A stretch of 64,000 nucleotides of DNA from Verrucomicrobiaceae bacterium (GTDB lineage Bacteria; Verrucomicrobiota; Verrucomicrobiia; Verrucomicrobiales; Akkermansiaceae): contig JBPOGH010000016.1 of NCBI GenBank assembly GCA_051252135.1, positions 1 through 64,000 of the forward strand, in the 5' to 3' direction. Under the pieces are notes generated by a model. That model ran no database searches, was not told the origin of the DNA, and saw only the letters and a list, made by a program, of their open reading frames with translations. The position numbers and the translations under genes are program-made. Within the stretch, counting starts at the first letter, position 1, and the number at the start of each line of letters is the position of its first letter. Positions 48,561 through 57,508 of this stretch are shown here, piece by piece.

Positions 48561-48750
48561 CCCTCCACCGGTCACGCTCTCACCTGATATCCCCTCTCCA
48601 GCTGCCTCTGACTTCCAAAAGCCGCTGGAGAGAGATGGAATTTCGCCCGACCCAAGGTCCGCAACCGCTTGGCATCCAGCCATCGCTTCTTCGTTGTCAG
48701 GACTCCGGTCTCCCCAACCATCCATCCCCCTCATCCCCCTCATCCCCCTC

Positions 48751-48788
48751 ATGAATCCGGGTCATGCCCACTTGGCTCAAGGACCGCT
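48751..48788 (+). promoter_or_regulatory. palindrome plus sigma54-like promoter for nasA
   Basis: ATGAATCCGGGTCAT (48751-48765); TGGCTCAAGGACCGCT (GG 48774, GC 48786); preceded by TCATCCCCC tandem repeats. Confidence 0.65.
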
Positions 48789-48814
48789 GAACAGAACATG
48801 CCGTCCCACTCCGC

Positions 48815-51019
48815 ATGCCTGCCGTCCTCGACAAACTCCTCCATCAACGCAGCGGACCACTCACCTCCGAGCTCCTCCTGCGTCCTGCCGACTTCGGCCT
48901 CGGCAAACTCCCGCGCAATCTCGAGACCGATGACGTCACCACTTCCGTCTGCGGTTTCTGCTCCACCGGCTGCCAGTTAAAACTCCACCTCCACGAGGGC
49001 CAGGCCGTCGGCGTCACCCCCTCACCCAACTACCCCGTCAACCTCGGCATGGCCTGCCCCAAAGGCTGGGAAGCACTCTCCGTCCTCAACTCTTCCGAAC
49101 GCGCCACCACCCCGCTTCTCGAAGGAAACGAAATCTCCTGGGACCTCGCCGCCCGCATCTTCACCGACCGCTTCAAGGAAGTCCAAAATAAGCACGGCAA
49201 GGACTCCGTCGCCTTCATCTCCACCGGACAAATCGCCACCGAAGAAATGGCCTTCCTCGGTGCCTTCGCCAAGTTCGGCATGGGCATCAAGCATGGCGAT
49301 GGCAACACCCGCCAGTGCATGGCCACCTCCGTCGTCGCCTACAAGCAAGCCTTCGGCTTCGACGCCCCACCCTACACCTACGCCGATTTCGAAGAATCCG
49401 ACGTCGTCGTCCTTCTCGGCTCCAATCTCGCCATCGCCCACCCCATCCTCTACCAGCGCCTCGCGCGCAATAAGCGCAACCCTGACATCGTCGTCATCGA
49501 CCCCCGCGCCACCGAGACCGCGCAAATCGCGACCCAACACCTCGCCCTCAAATCAAAAGGCGACCTCCCCCTTCTCTACGCCCTCGCCCACTGCATCATT
49601 CGTGACGACCGCGTCGATCACGACTTCCTCCGCGAGCACACCGACGGCTTCGATGACTTTGCCAATTTCGTCAAAGACTACTCCCCCGACGCCACCCGCT
49701 CCCAGACCGGCATCGGCCGCCTCCAGGTCGAAGCCCTCGCCAAACTCATCTCCGATCCCTCCAAGCGCGTCTCCATGTGGTGGACCATGGGCGTCAACCA
49801 ATCACACGAAGGCGTCCGCACCGCCCAAGCCATCATCAACCTCTGCCTCATGACAGGCAACATCGGCAAGCCCGGCACCGGCCCCAACTCCATCACCGGC
49901 CAGTGCAACGCCATGGGCTCCCGCCTCTTCTCAAACACCACCAGCCTCCTCGGCGGGCACGATTTCGCCAACCCCGCTCACCGCGAAAAAGTCTCCCGCA
50001 TCCTCGAAATCCCCGAGGAAAATATCCCCACCGAACCCAGCTGGGCCTACGACCAAATCATCGACGGCATCGAAGCCGGAAAAATCAAAGGCCTCTGGGT
50101 CATCGCCACCAATCCCGCCCACTCCTGGATCAACCAAAGCAAGTTCCACGAAGTACGAAAGAAACTCGATTTCCTCGTCGTCCAGGACATGTATCACACC
50201 ACCGAGACCGCCCAAACCGCCGACCTCCTCCTCCCGGCCGCCGCGTGGGGAGAAAAAAGCGGCACCTTCATCAACTCCGAGCGCCGCATCGGCACCCTCA
50301 AACAAGTCCGCCACGCCCCCGGCCAAGCCCTCTCCGACTTCCGCATCCTCCAACTCCTCGCCAACACCTGGGGCTGTGGCGAACTCTTCGAAAAATGGTC
50401 CTCGCCTCCCGCCGCCTTCGAACTCCTCCAAGAACTCTCCGCCGACCAACCCTGCGACATCACCGGCATCCAGGGCTACCAACACCTCGACCAGGCAGGC
50501 GGCATCCAATGGCCCCTTCCCTCAACGCTTCAAACTGAACACTTGAAACTTCAAACTCCTCAGGAGCGCCGTCTCTTCGAAGACAAAAAATTCCACACCC
50601 CAAACGGCCGCGCCAAATTCCTCTTCGATCCCCCCGCGCCTCTCCCCGAGCCGACCTGCAGCGCCTACCCCTTCACCCTACTCACCGGCCGCGGCACCTC
50701 CGCCCAGTGGCACACCCAGTCCCGCACCAACAAAAGCGCCGTCCTCAGAAAACTCTACCCCAAGGAGCTCCTCCTCGACCTCCACCCCGACGACGCCGCT
50801 TCGCTCAACATCGCCGACCGCGACCCCATCTCCATCTCCTCGCGCCGCGGCACCATCACCGCCAAAGCCCACCTCACCACCAACGTGAACCCCGGCGAAG
50901 TCTTCCTCCCCATGCACGAAGGCACCACCAACCTCCTCACCTTCCCCGCCTTCGACCCCCACTCCCGCCAACCCAGCTACAAAGCCTGCGCCGTTCAAAT
51001 CACATCCACCCTCTCGTAG
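48815..51019 (+). CDS. nasA: assimilatory nitrate reductase catalytic subunit (NasA/NarB-type molybdoenzyme)
   Basis: CGFCSTGC...[44 protein letters not shown] and [10 protein letters not shown]; no Tat signal and no C-terminal BFD. Confidence 0.92.
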   Translation: MPAVLDKLLHQRSGPLTSELLLRPADFGLGKLPRNLETDDVTTSVCGFCSTGCQLKLHLHEGQAVGVTPSPNYPVNLGMACPKGWEALSVLNSSERATTPLLEGNEISWDLAARIFTDRFKEVQNKHGKDSVAFISTGQIATEEMAFLGAFAKFGMGIKHGDGNTRQCMATSVVAYKQAFGFDAPPYTYADFEESDVVVLLGSNLAIAHPILYQRLARNKRNPDIVVIDPRATETAQIATQHLALKSKGDLPLLYALAHCIIRDDRVDHDFLREHTDGFDDFANFVKDYSPDATRSQTGIGRLQVEALAKLISDPSKRVSMWWTMGVNQSHEGVRTAQAIINLCLMTGNIGKPGTGPNSITGQCNAMGSRLFSNTTSLLGGHDFANPAHREKVSRILEIPEENIPTEPSWAYDQIIDGIEAGKIKGLWVIATNPAHSWINQSKFHEVRKKLDFLVVQDMYHTTETAQTADLLLPAAAWGEKSGTFINSERRIGTLKQVRHAPGQALSDFRILQLLANTWGCGELFEKWSSPPAAFELLQELSADQPCDITGIQGYQHLDQAGGIQWPLPSTLQTEHLKLQTPQERRLFEDKKFHTPNGRAKFLFDPPAPLPEPTCSAYPFTLLTGRGTSAQWHTQSRTNKSAVLRKLYPKELLLDLHPDDAASLNIADRDPISISSRRGTITAKAHLTTNVNPGEVFLPMHEGTTNLLTFPAFDPHSRQPSYKACAVQITSTLS

Positions 51020-51079
51020 TCTTCGGCTGCTCGAATTCTCCTTCCTTCACCCGCCCTCGCCACGCTAGCCTAGTTCGAC

Positions 51080-52063
51080 ATGGCTAGGAAGAAACTCTCT
51101 CGCAAAGGCATCTCCATCCTTCTCCTCCTTGCCCTCCTTCTTTGGAGAGCCTGGCCCCTGATCCCGATCATCTTCAGCCTAAATCTTAGGGTTTCGCACG
51201 AGGAGCACCTCATCGAAGAACTCCTCCCCCCATCAGAGGAGCCCACCCAAATCCTCAAGGGACTATCTCACCCTTATTTCAATGAGAGGACCCTCATTTC
51301 CGAGATTCTCTTCGGTCGGCGAAACATCACCCACGGACACGCCTTCCATCCAAGGGAAGTCGAACCTCTCCCCGAACACTCTAAACTCGCCAGCCTCCTA
51401 TCTGATCGATCCTCATACTGGAGATGGAGAGGTCAGAAAGCATGCGGAGGATTCCACGGAGATTATCTCCTCACCTGGGAAACCGACACCAATCTTTGGG
51501 AAGCCATTCTTTGCAACGGTTGTGGGGAGGTCATTCTCTACCACGGAGACCAAGCGGTTCGATGTGACTTGACCAACTCGGCGCAAAAAAGGGGCGATTC
51601 TCTGCACTACAGAATCAAGGGGCGCTCACCATACAACGCTCAAGAATCCATGACGCGACTTCTCCTCTCGGTCGAACTTCTCAATGAGCAACACGCGATC
51701 AAAGAAGACCCACAGCTTCTCGTTAAAGAACTCGATGTTCAGGATGCCACCGAATTCGCAAAGCTCATCAAATCCCACTCGCTTGAGACTGTCGACGATA
51801 CTCCCGCCACAAAAGAACTCTTCAAGAAACATCTGCACGCGACCCTCACACACCTCTCAAATATCGACCGTCGGGCAGTGTCGCTCATCAACCTCATGAT
51901 CGATCCCGATATCAACTGGAGTGATTCCGAGTTTCTCCATCTTCAAAACATCATCGTCCGCTACGGCTACCGCGCCATCCGGACTCTCAAATCCGCACCT
52001 GCAGACCACCCCGCTGTCCAACAATGCCTCCTCCGCATCAGGGAACAACAAGCAAGCCAGTAA
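51080..52063 (+). CDS. hypothetical membrane-anchored protein
   Basis: N-terminal TM helix, KACGGFH.D and LCNGCGE motifs; atypical codon usage. Confidence 0.6.
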   Translation: MARKKLSRKGISILLLLALLLWRAWPLIPIIFSLNLRVSHEEHLIEELLPPSEEPTQILKGLSHPYFNERTLISEILFGRRNITHGHAFHPREVEPLPEHSKLASLLSDRSSYWRWRGQKACGGFHGDYLLTWETDTNLWEAILCNGCGEVILYHGDQAVRCDLTNSAQKRGDSLHYRIKGRSPYNAQESMTRLLLSVELLNEQHAIKEDPQLLVKELDVQDATEFAKLIKSHSLETVDDTPATKELFKKHLHATLTHLSNIDRRAVSLINLMIDPDINWSDSEFLHLQNIIVRYGYRAIRTLKSAPADHPAVQQCLLRIREQQASQ

Positions 52064-52067
52064 AACC

Positions 52068-53045
52068 TCACCGCCCCATTGCCCGCAACAACCACGCCGC
52101 CGTCTCCGCATAAACCGGCGCCTCCGTAATCAGGACATTGTCATGACCGCCCCCCGGCACACTCATGTACTTCTTCGGGCCCGCAAACGCCTCAAACAAT
52201 CGCTTCCCCCGCTCCTCCCCGATCAACTCATCCGCATCTCCATGCACCACCAAAGTCGGCACCGATATCCCACCCGCCAACTCCCCCGGCCTCACCTCCG
52301 AAAGCCTCGCCCCACCGCGCCTCTCCACCATCCATTCCAGGGGCTCAAATAACACCACCCTCAAAAACCCCAACTCATCCCGCACCACCCCTTCCAACCG
52401 GTCAAACGACGACACCACCACCAACCCCTCCCACCGCTCCGGCTCTTCCGCCACCGCATGAATCGCAAAACTTCCCCCCATCGACATCCCCCACAGACAC
52501 CTCGGAAGCCCCTCCAACCCAAACTCCACCACCACTTCATCCGCCACCTTCCCGGCCAACCCGCGCTCAAACCCCGAACTCCCAAATCGCACCCTCTCCA
52601 AAGGACTCTCCCCATGCGCCGGCAAGTCCGGACACACGCACACAAACCCCGCCGCACAATACCGCTCCGCCACCGACAACATATCCTCCTTCCGCCCGTT
52701 CCTCCCGTGCAGAATCACCAACACCCCCACCTCTTCCCCAAAATCCCCCAACGCCACTCCCCTCGCCCTCAGCTCCTTCCGTAAGATCATCCCACGCTGC
52801 CCCGGCCCCGATTCCCCACAAGAACGCACCACCAAGGTCGGCACCAACCCGTCAAAATACCACCTCTCCTCTACCCTCACCCCCCGCACCCCGGGCATCT
52901 CCAAAAACTCCACATGATAGTCCTCCAACCCCTTCCTCACCGGACTCACCATCCGCCCCGCAACCACCCAAAGCCCACCCGCTCCCAGTAAAAAAACCAC
53001 CCCCACCAACACGCCACCTCTCTTCAGCCATCTCCGGAACTTCAC
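52068..53045 (-). CDS. alpha/beta hydrolase
   Basis: LHG, DLPAHGES, GMSMGG, HGDAD and GHD; start uncertain (GTG 53045 chosen, just before the TM helix). Confidence 0.85.
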   Translation of the reverse strand: MKFRRWLKRGGVLVGVVFLLGAGGLWVVAGRMVSPVRKGLEDYHVEFLEMPGVRGVRVEERWYFDGLVPTLVVRSCGESGPGQRGMILRKELRARGVALGDFGEEVGVLVILHGRNGRKEDMLSVAERYCAAGFVCVCPDLPAHGESPLERVRFGSSGFERGLAGKVADEVVVEFGLEGLPRCLWGMSMGGSFAIHAVAEEPERWEGLVVVSSFDRLEGVVRDELGFLRVVLFEPLEWMVERRGGARLSEVRPGELAGGISVPTLVVHGDADELIGEERGKRLFEAFAGPKKYMSVPGGGHDNVLITEAPVYAETAAWLLRAMGR

Positions 53046-53232
53046 ATCCCAAGAACGCCCCCAACTCTCCTCCTCGTTTAAAAATCCAACCCCCTCTCTC
53101 AACCAAGTTTCGCGTTTTTCGTAATCAGCATCCCCCTTCAACCAAGTTTCGCGTTTTCCGTGTTTTCCGTGGTGAACATCCCCCCACATAATTTCGCTTC
53201 CCTTTCCCCAACCCACAGCGGATGACACCCCC

Positions 53233-54141
53233 GTGCTTCTCTTCCGCCACCCCTTTCCTCCGGCGCTCATCTGCGCCCTCCTCTGGGGCAGCGCCTTCCC
53301 CGTCATCAAGAACGTCTACGCCCACTGGGAATCCCAGAGCCTCGAGCGAAGCCTCCCCCTCATCTTCCTCTTCGCCGGCATCCGCTTCTCCATCTCCGGT
53401 CTCGGCCTCCTCCTCTTTGGAAAAAACACCGCCGCCGAACTCCGCCGCACCCCGTGGAAGCTCCTCGTCTCATTCGCCCTCACCCAGACCTTCGTCCAAT
53501 ACGTCTTCTTCTACCAGGCCGTCGCCGCCTCCAGCGCCAGCCTCGCCGCCCTCCTCGTCGCCACCGGAAGCTTCTGGTGGATGCTCCTCAGCCCCCTCAT
53601 CCGCAAAACCCCATGGCCCACCGCCATGCAATGGCTCGGCCTCCTTATCGGAGGAACCGGCGTCTCCCTCGCCGTCTACGCCCCCGGTGCCGGCGCCGGA
53701 AACCCCCTCCTCGGCGCCCTCTTCATGCTCACCGCCACCGCCAGCGGAGCCATCGCCATCCTCCTCTTCCATCGCCTCAAGCCCACCATCTCGTCCATCA
53801 ATGCCACCGGCATCTCGCTCTTCGCCGGTGGCCTCTCCCTCACCGCCGTCGGGTTCCAGGCCTTCGGATCCGTCGAGGAAATGCTCACCGGCCCCGTCCT
53901 CGGCAGCACCATCTGGCTCGCCTTCGTTTCCGCCGCCGCTTTCAGCATCTGGAATCACCTCAGCACCGTCTTCCCAGTCACCCTCCTCGCAAGCTACCGC
54001 TTCCTCATCCCCATCTGCGGTGTCATCGAAGCCCTCCTCTTCATCCCCGGCGAGTCCGCCGGCTGGGGCCTCCTCCTCGGCAGCGTCCTCGTCATCCTCA
54101 GCATGATCTGGGCCCAGCGATCCCGCCCCGCATTGACCTGA
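53233..54141 (+). CDS. DMT/EamA-family transporter
   Basis: LLWGSAFPVIK, FAGIRF and about 10 TM helices. Confidence 0.88.
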   Translation: MLLFRHPFPPALICALLWGSAFPVIKNVYAHWESQSLERSLPLIFLFAGIRFSISGLGLLLFGKNTAAELRRTPWKLLVSFALTQTFVQYVFFYQAVAASSASLAALLVATGSFWWMLLSPLIRKTPWPTAMQWLGLLIGGTGVSLAVYAPGAGAGNPLLGALFMLTATASGAIAILLFHRLKPTISSINATGISLFAGGLSLTAVGFQAFGSVEEMLTGPVLGSTIWLAFVSAAAFSIWNHLSTVFPVTLLASYRFLIPICGVIEALLFIPGESAGWGLLLGSVLVILSMIWAQRSRPALT

Positions 54142-54155
54142 CCCACCCTCATCCT

Positions 54156-54653
54156 ATGCTCCCCAATATGAAGGAGCTGACAAAAATCCGCCTCGCCCTC
54201 GTCGTCGTCATCTTCGGCCTCGTCATCAGCGGAGTCACCGCCTTCCCCCTCCTCCACGAGCTCAACTTCCTCTCCTCCCTCCTCACCGGAGGCAGCGCCG
54301 ATCTCAACCCGGCTCACTACCAGGGCATCACCCACTGGATCCTCAAAGTCCGCGAAGGCCTCGATCTCACCTACGCCCAATACCCCTTCATCGCCTACGG
54401 CACCGACTGGCTCGCCTTCGCCCACCTCATGATCGCCCTCTTCTTCATCCTCCCCTACCGCGACCCCGCCCGCTACGAGGGAGTCCTCCACGTCGGCATC
54501 TGGATGTCCCTCCTCGTCTTCCCCCTCGCCCTCATCTGCGGCCACATCCGCGAAATCCCCCTCTGGTGGCGCCTCATCGACTGCTCCTTCGGCGCCCTCT
54601 GCCTCCCCCCACTCCTCTACGCCCTCAAAAAAACGCGGACCCTAAAAAGCTAA
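54156..54653 (+). CDS. hypothetical membrane protein
   Basis: SGVTAFPL, YGTDWLAFAH and WRLIDCSFG; host-like codon usage. Confidence 0.75.
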   Translation: MLPNMKELTKIRLALVVVIFGLVISGVTAFPLLHELNFLSSLLTGGSADLNPAHYQGITHWILKVREGLDLTYAQYPFIAYGTDWLAFAHLMIALFFILPYRDPARYEGVLHVGIWMSLLVFPLALICGHIREIPLWWRLIDCSFGALCLPPLLYALKKTRTLKS

Positions 54654-54722
54654 AAGCCAACCGCCAAAAGCCAACCGCTCAAGCTCCCTCAAACCAGCCA
54701 ATCCCCCATTCCCTCTTCCTAC

Positions 54723-55064
54723 ATGAACTACCTTTTAACTAACTTCGACGACATCCCCCCCGTCCCCTGCCCCTGCGGCCTTTCCAAACGCGCCTTCGTT
54801 CATCCCGACTCCCCGGCCTCCATCCACTACGTCGATATCTCGGAGAACGCCCGCACCCACTACCACAAAACCTTCACCGAGATTTACCTCATCCTCGAAA
54901 CCGAGGGCGACGCCTTCATCGAGCTCGACGGCGAACTCCTCCCCGTCACCCCCATGACCACCATCATGATCAAGCCCGGCTGCCGCCACCGCGCCGTCGG
55001 CAAAATGAAAATCATCAACACCGCCATCCCCACCTTCAACCCCGACGACGAATGGTTCGACTAG
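54723..55064 (+). CDS. cupin domain protein
   Basis: CPCG, HYHKTFTEIY and PGCRHRA cupin metal motifs. Confidence 0.88.
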   Translation: MNYLLTNFDDIPPVPCPCGLSKRAFVHPDSPASIHYVDISENARTHYHKTFTEIYLILETEGDAFIELDGELLPVTPMTTIMIKPGCRHRAVGKMKIINTAIPTFNPDDEWFD

Positions 55065-55096
55065 CCCCCGTCATCAACCGCAACCTACGGGAAAAT

Positions 55097-55486
55097 TCAC
55101 TCACCTCGCCGCTGATTTCTCAACGCAGCATCTTGTTCTGTCGGCTGTTTCCATGCCAACCATGCGATCACCCAGAAGACCAATCCTGAGCTCCAGCCTA
55201 AAAAGAGGTTAACCACATTGTCACCCACTCCATCGTGTATGACGTCATAAGGGACCTCGACACCTTCATCGTAGGCAACGCCATCGCCAACTATAAATCC
55301 AATTCTATTTGCAACCGCCGACACCGCGAATGTTCCGGTCCAACACAAAAGAAGGAACACCAAAATCCTCAGGCTTCGCGGGAATTTTTTGATCGAGGGT
55401 GATGGCGCCACTATCCAACGCTTCGCGAAAAATACACCGAGACAAATAAATGTAATCTGTGGAATCCATATTGTCGCAGTCGTCAT
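55097..55486 (-). CDS. hypothetical membrane protein (cassette-like)
   Basis: 129 aa, about 3 TM helices, low GC; flanked by attC-like half-sites. Confidence 0.6.
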   Translation of the reverse strand: MTTATIWIPQITFICLGVFFAKRWIVAPSPSIKKFPRSLRILVFLLLCWTGTFAVSAVANRIGFIVGDGVAYDEGVEVPYDVIHDGVGDNVVNLFLGWSSGLVFWVIAWLAWKQPTEQDAALRNQRRGE

Positions 55487-55663
55487 TTTTTTTGAACAAA
55501 ACAGTAAGGATCCCCTAGCCTAACAGAGTGGGGATCGAATGCATCCCCCGATCTCCCCCTTCACAGGCTCCGAACATCCTACTGTCCATTTAATTTCCCC
55601 ATCAAGCCCCAAAGCCAAAACCCAATTCAACCCCTCCCACTCCTCCTTCGCCCCCACCTACTC

Positions 55664-56194
55664 TCAGGGCCTCTCGATTTGCTCCTGTAATTCCGGAGCC
55701 AAGGTATCCCACAACCGTGGATGGGATTCGATAATCCTGACAATATCCGTAAAATCTTTGGCTCTCTTACTCTGCCTCCTGGTCTTGTCGTTCCAGGCCA
55801 AGGTCTTCCCTTTTAAGGTATCTTCCACGGATGCCACTCGCATCAAAATCCCATGGACATCTGCCGCAACGGATCTCTCAGGAAATTTCAAATACAGCTC
55901 TTCGGTGCTCAACTGGATACTCACCTTCGACTTCCCTTTGAAATTAACCGACCACTTAAAATCTTCGTGCTCGAAACCTACTTCAGTAAGAACCCCCACC
56001 ACTCTTTCCACATCTTCAGCTGCTACCGCAAAATCCACGTCTTGTGTCACCATCGGTTCCTCAGCCCAATGGTTCACTGCGACCCCACCAATTGCGCACC
56101 AAGCAACATCAGCTCGCTCAAGAGCATCAACAAGACGCATCACGTCATCTGTTCCTCCCGCAGTTTGCCAATCGTAAAACCTCTTCGCTGTCAT
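55664..56194 (-). CDS. nucleotidyltransferase-fold protein
   Basis: IGGVAV...TQDVDF (GG..DxD), a conserved K and R.KD..D. Confidence 0.75.
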   Translation of the reverse strand: MTAKRFYDWQTAGGTDDVMRLVDALERADVAWCAIGGVAVNHWAEEPMVTQDVDFAVAAEDVERVVGVLTEVGFEHEDFKWSVNFKGKSKVSIQLSTEELYLKFPERSVAADVHGILMRVASVEDTLKGKTLAWNDKTRRQSKRAKDFTDIVRIIESHPRLWDTLAPELQEQIERP

Positions 56195-56247
56195 ACTGGA
56201 TTCTTAACATCCCAGCGCTTACTGGGCACCCTATTTTCCAAAGCAAC

Positions 56248-57426
56248 CTAATTCAACCCCTCCCATTCCTCCTTCGTCCCCAAAGACTTCTGATACTCCA
56301 TCATCACCAACCAGCGCTCCTCTTTCACTAGCAGCGCCTCCAGATGAACATAAGCCGCTTTCGCTTCCTTCCCCTCCTTCTGACTGGAGTAACAAAACAT
56401 CCCCGTCTCGTGCGCCGTCGTTGCGTCGCCCCACCGCTTCGAAAAACGAAACTCCACATCCGCGTCCATCTTCCCCGCCTTCGTATCCTCAAACCCCGGC
56501 TTCCATCCCGCCAAAGCCTGCGCCAGCGCATAACTCGACTTCTTCGGCCCCGATACAAGAACCCCCTTCTCATGGCAGGTCGCCCGGTAGCCTTCAAAGT
56601 CTCCCTCCCGCACCGACCGCGACACCTCGGCCCAATAGGCATCCAGCTCCTTGATCCGCGCCTGTGAATCATCCAGTTCCTTCACCTTGAGATTCCGGAA
56701 ATGCACCTTCCCCTTCGCCGCATGATGCACCTGTAACCCAAAGTATCCTTTCGCATAGGTTCCGTCGCCCACCCAGTGCGCCGCCGGCACCCCGTTCAGC
56801 CAGGTCTTCACCGTGTTCCCCTTCGCCCAAACCGTAACCCGGTTCCACCCTTCCTTCTTCAGGGCCTTTCGTACTTCCCGGTGCTCCTTCAGCCAAAGCG
56901 GATAAAAATACCCCCCGCAGCTCTGTCCATAAATGCCGCCCGACCAACCCCGGTCGCTCTCAATCCCCTCCATCTCCACCTGCGGTCCAAACACCGCCTT
57001 CTTCGGATCATCCGCATCCGCTTGCGCCCGAAACATCACCCCCGAGTTGATATCCACCGACCACTTCATCTCGCACGTAAAAACAAAGTCCGCATAGTCC
57101 GTCCTCTTCGTGCTGAGATACCCGCTTTCCTCACCCGGCACACAGGTTCCAATGATCTCCCCATCCTTCGCTTCGAAAATCTGCTTCCCGCCGCGAAGCT
57201 CCCAATCCGAAAGATCCTTGCCATTGAAGAGCGCCTTGAATCCTTCTTTCAAATCTGGCTCCGCATCCGTGTTCAACAACATCTCCTCCGGCTCCGGCGC
57301 ATTCTCCTGCTTCCGGTACTTCGGAAACCACTCCTTCTGCGAAGGATCCAAAGACAGCTCACCCGGAGCCGAAACCGACAGCAGAACCGTCGCCGATACC
57401 AATCTTCCCATGAATTTCATCATCAT
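56248..57426 (-). CDS. DUF1080 (3-keto-disaccharide hydrolase-like) domain fused to a SnoaL/NTF2-like domain
   Basis: LFNGKDLSDW, NSGVMFR, WN, GLQVH and FRNLKVKEL, then YWAEVSRSVREGDFEGY...HETGMF. Confidence 0.8.
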   Translation of the reverse strand: MMMKFMGRLVSATVLLSVSAPGELSLDPSQKEWFPKYRKQENAPEPEEMLLNTDAEPDLKEGFKALFNGKDLSDWELRGGKQIFEAKDGEIIGTCVPGEESGYLSTKRTDYADFVFTCEMKWSVDINSGVMFRAQADADDPKKAVFGPQVEMEGIESDRGWSGGIYGQSCGGYFYPLWLKEHREVRKALKKEGWNRVTVWAKGNTVKTWLNGVPAAHWVGDGTYAKGYFGLQVHHAAKGKVHFRNLKVKELDDSQARIKELDAYWAEVSRSVREGDFEGYRATCHEKGVLVSGPKKSSYALAQALAGWKPGFEDTKAGKMDADVEFRFSKRWGDATTAHETGMFCYSSQKEGKEAKAAYVHLEALLVKEERWLVMMEYQKSLGTKEEWEGLN

Positions 57427-57508
57427 GCCTTAGGCTGAAAGTCCCGTCCCCGCTGCGCAATCCTTTCTTTCAGCAATGCCGCCTAAAATCACCGCTCGAT
57501 TCAGCCCC

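Noticed and set aside
48815..51019. Respiratory NapA/NarG or DMSO reductase DmsA
   Set aside because: No twin-arginine signal, too short for NarG, Nas/NarB-type motifs, and no napB/D or narH/I/J.
53099..53175. Direct repeat TCAACCAAGTTTCGCGTTTT x2 as a mini-CRISPR
   Set aside because: Only two copies with a short spacer, adjacent TTCCGTG simple repeats and no cas genes; more likely a local duplication or REP-like sequence.
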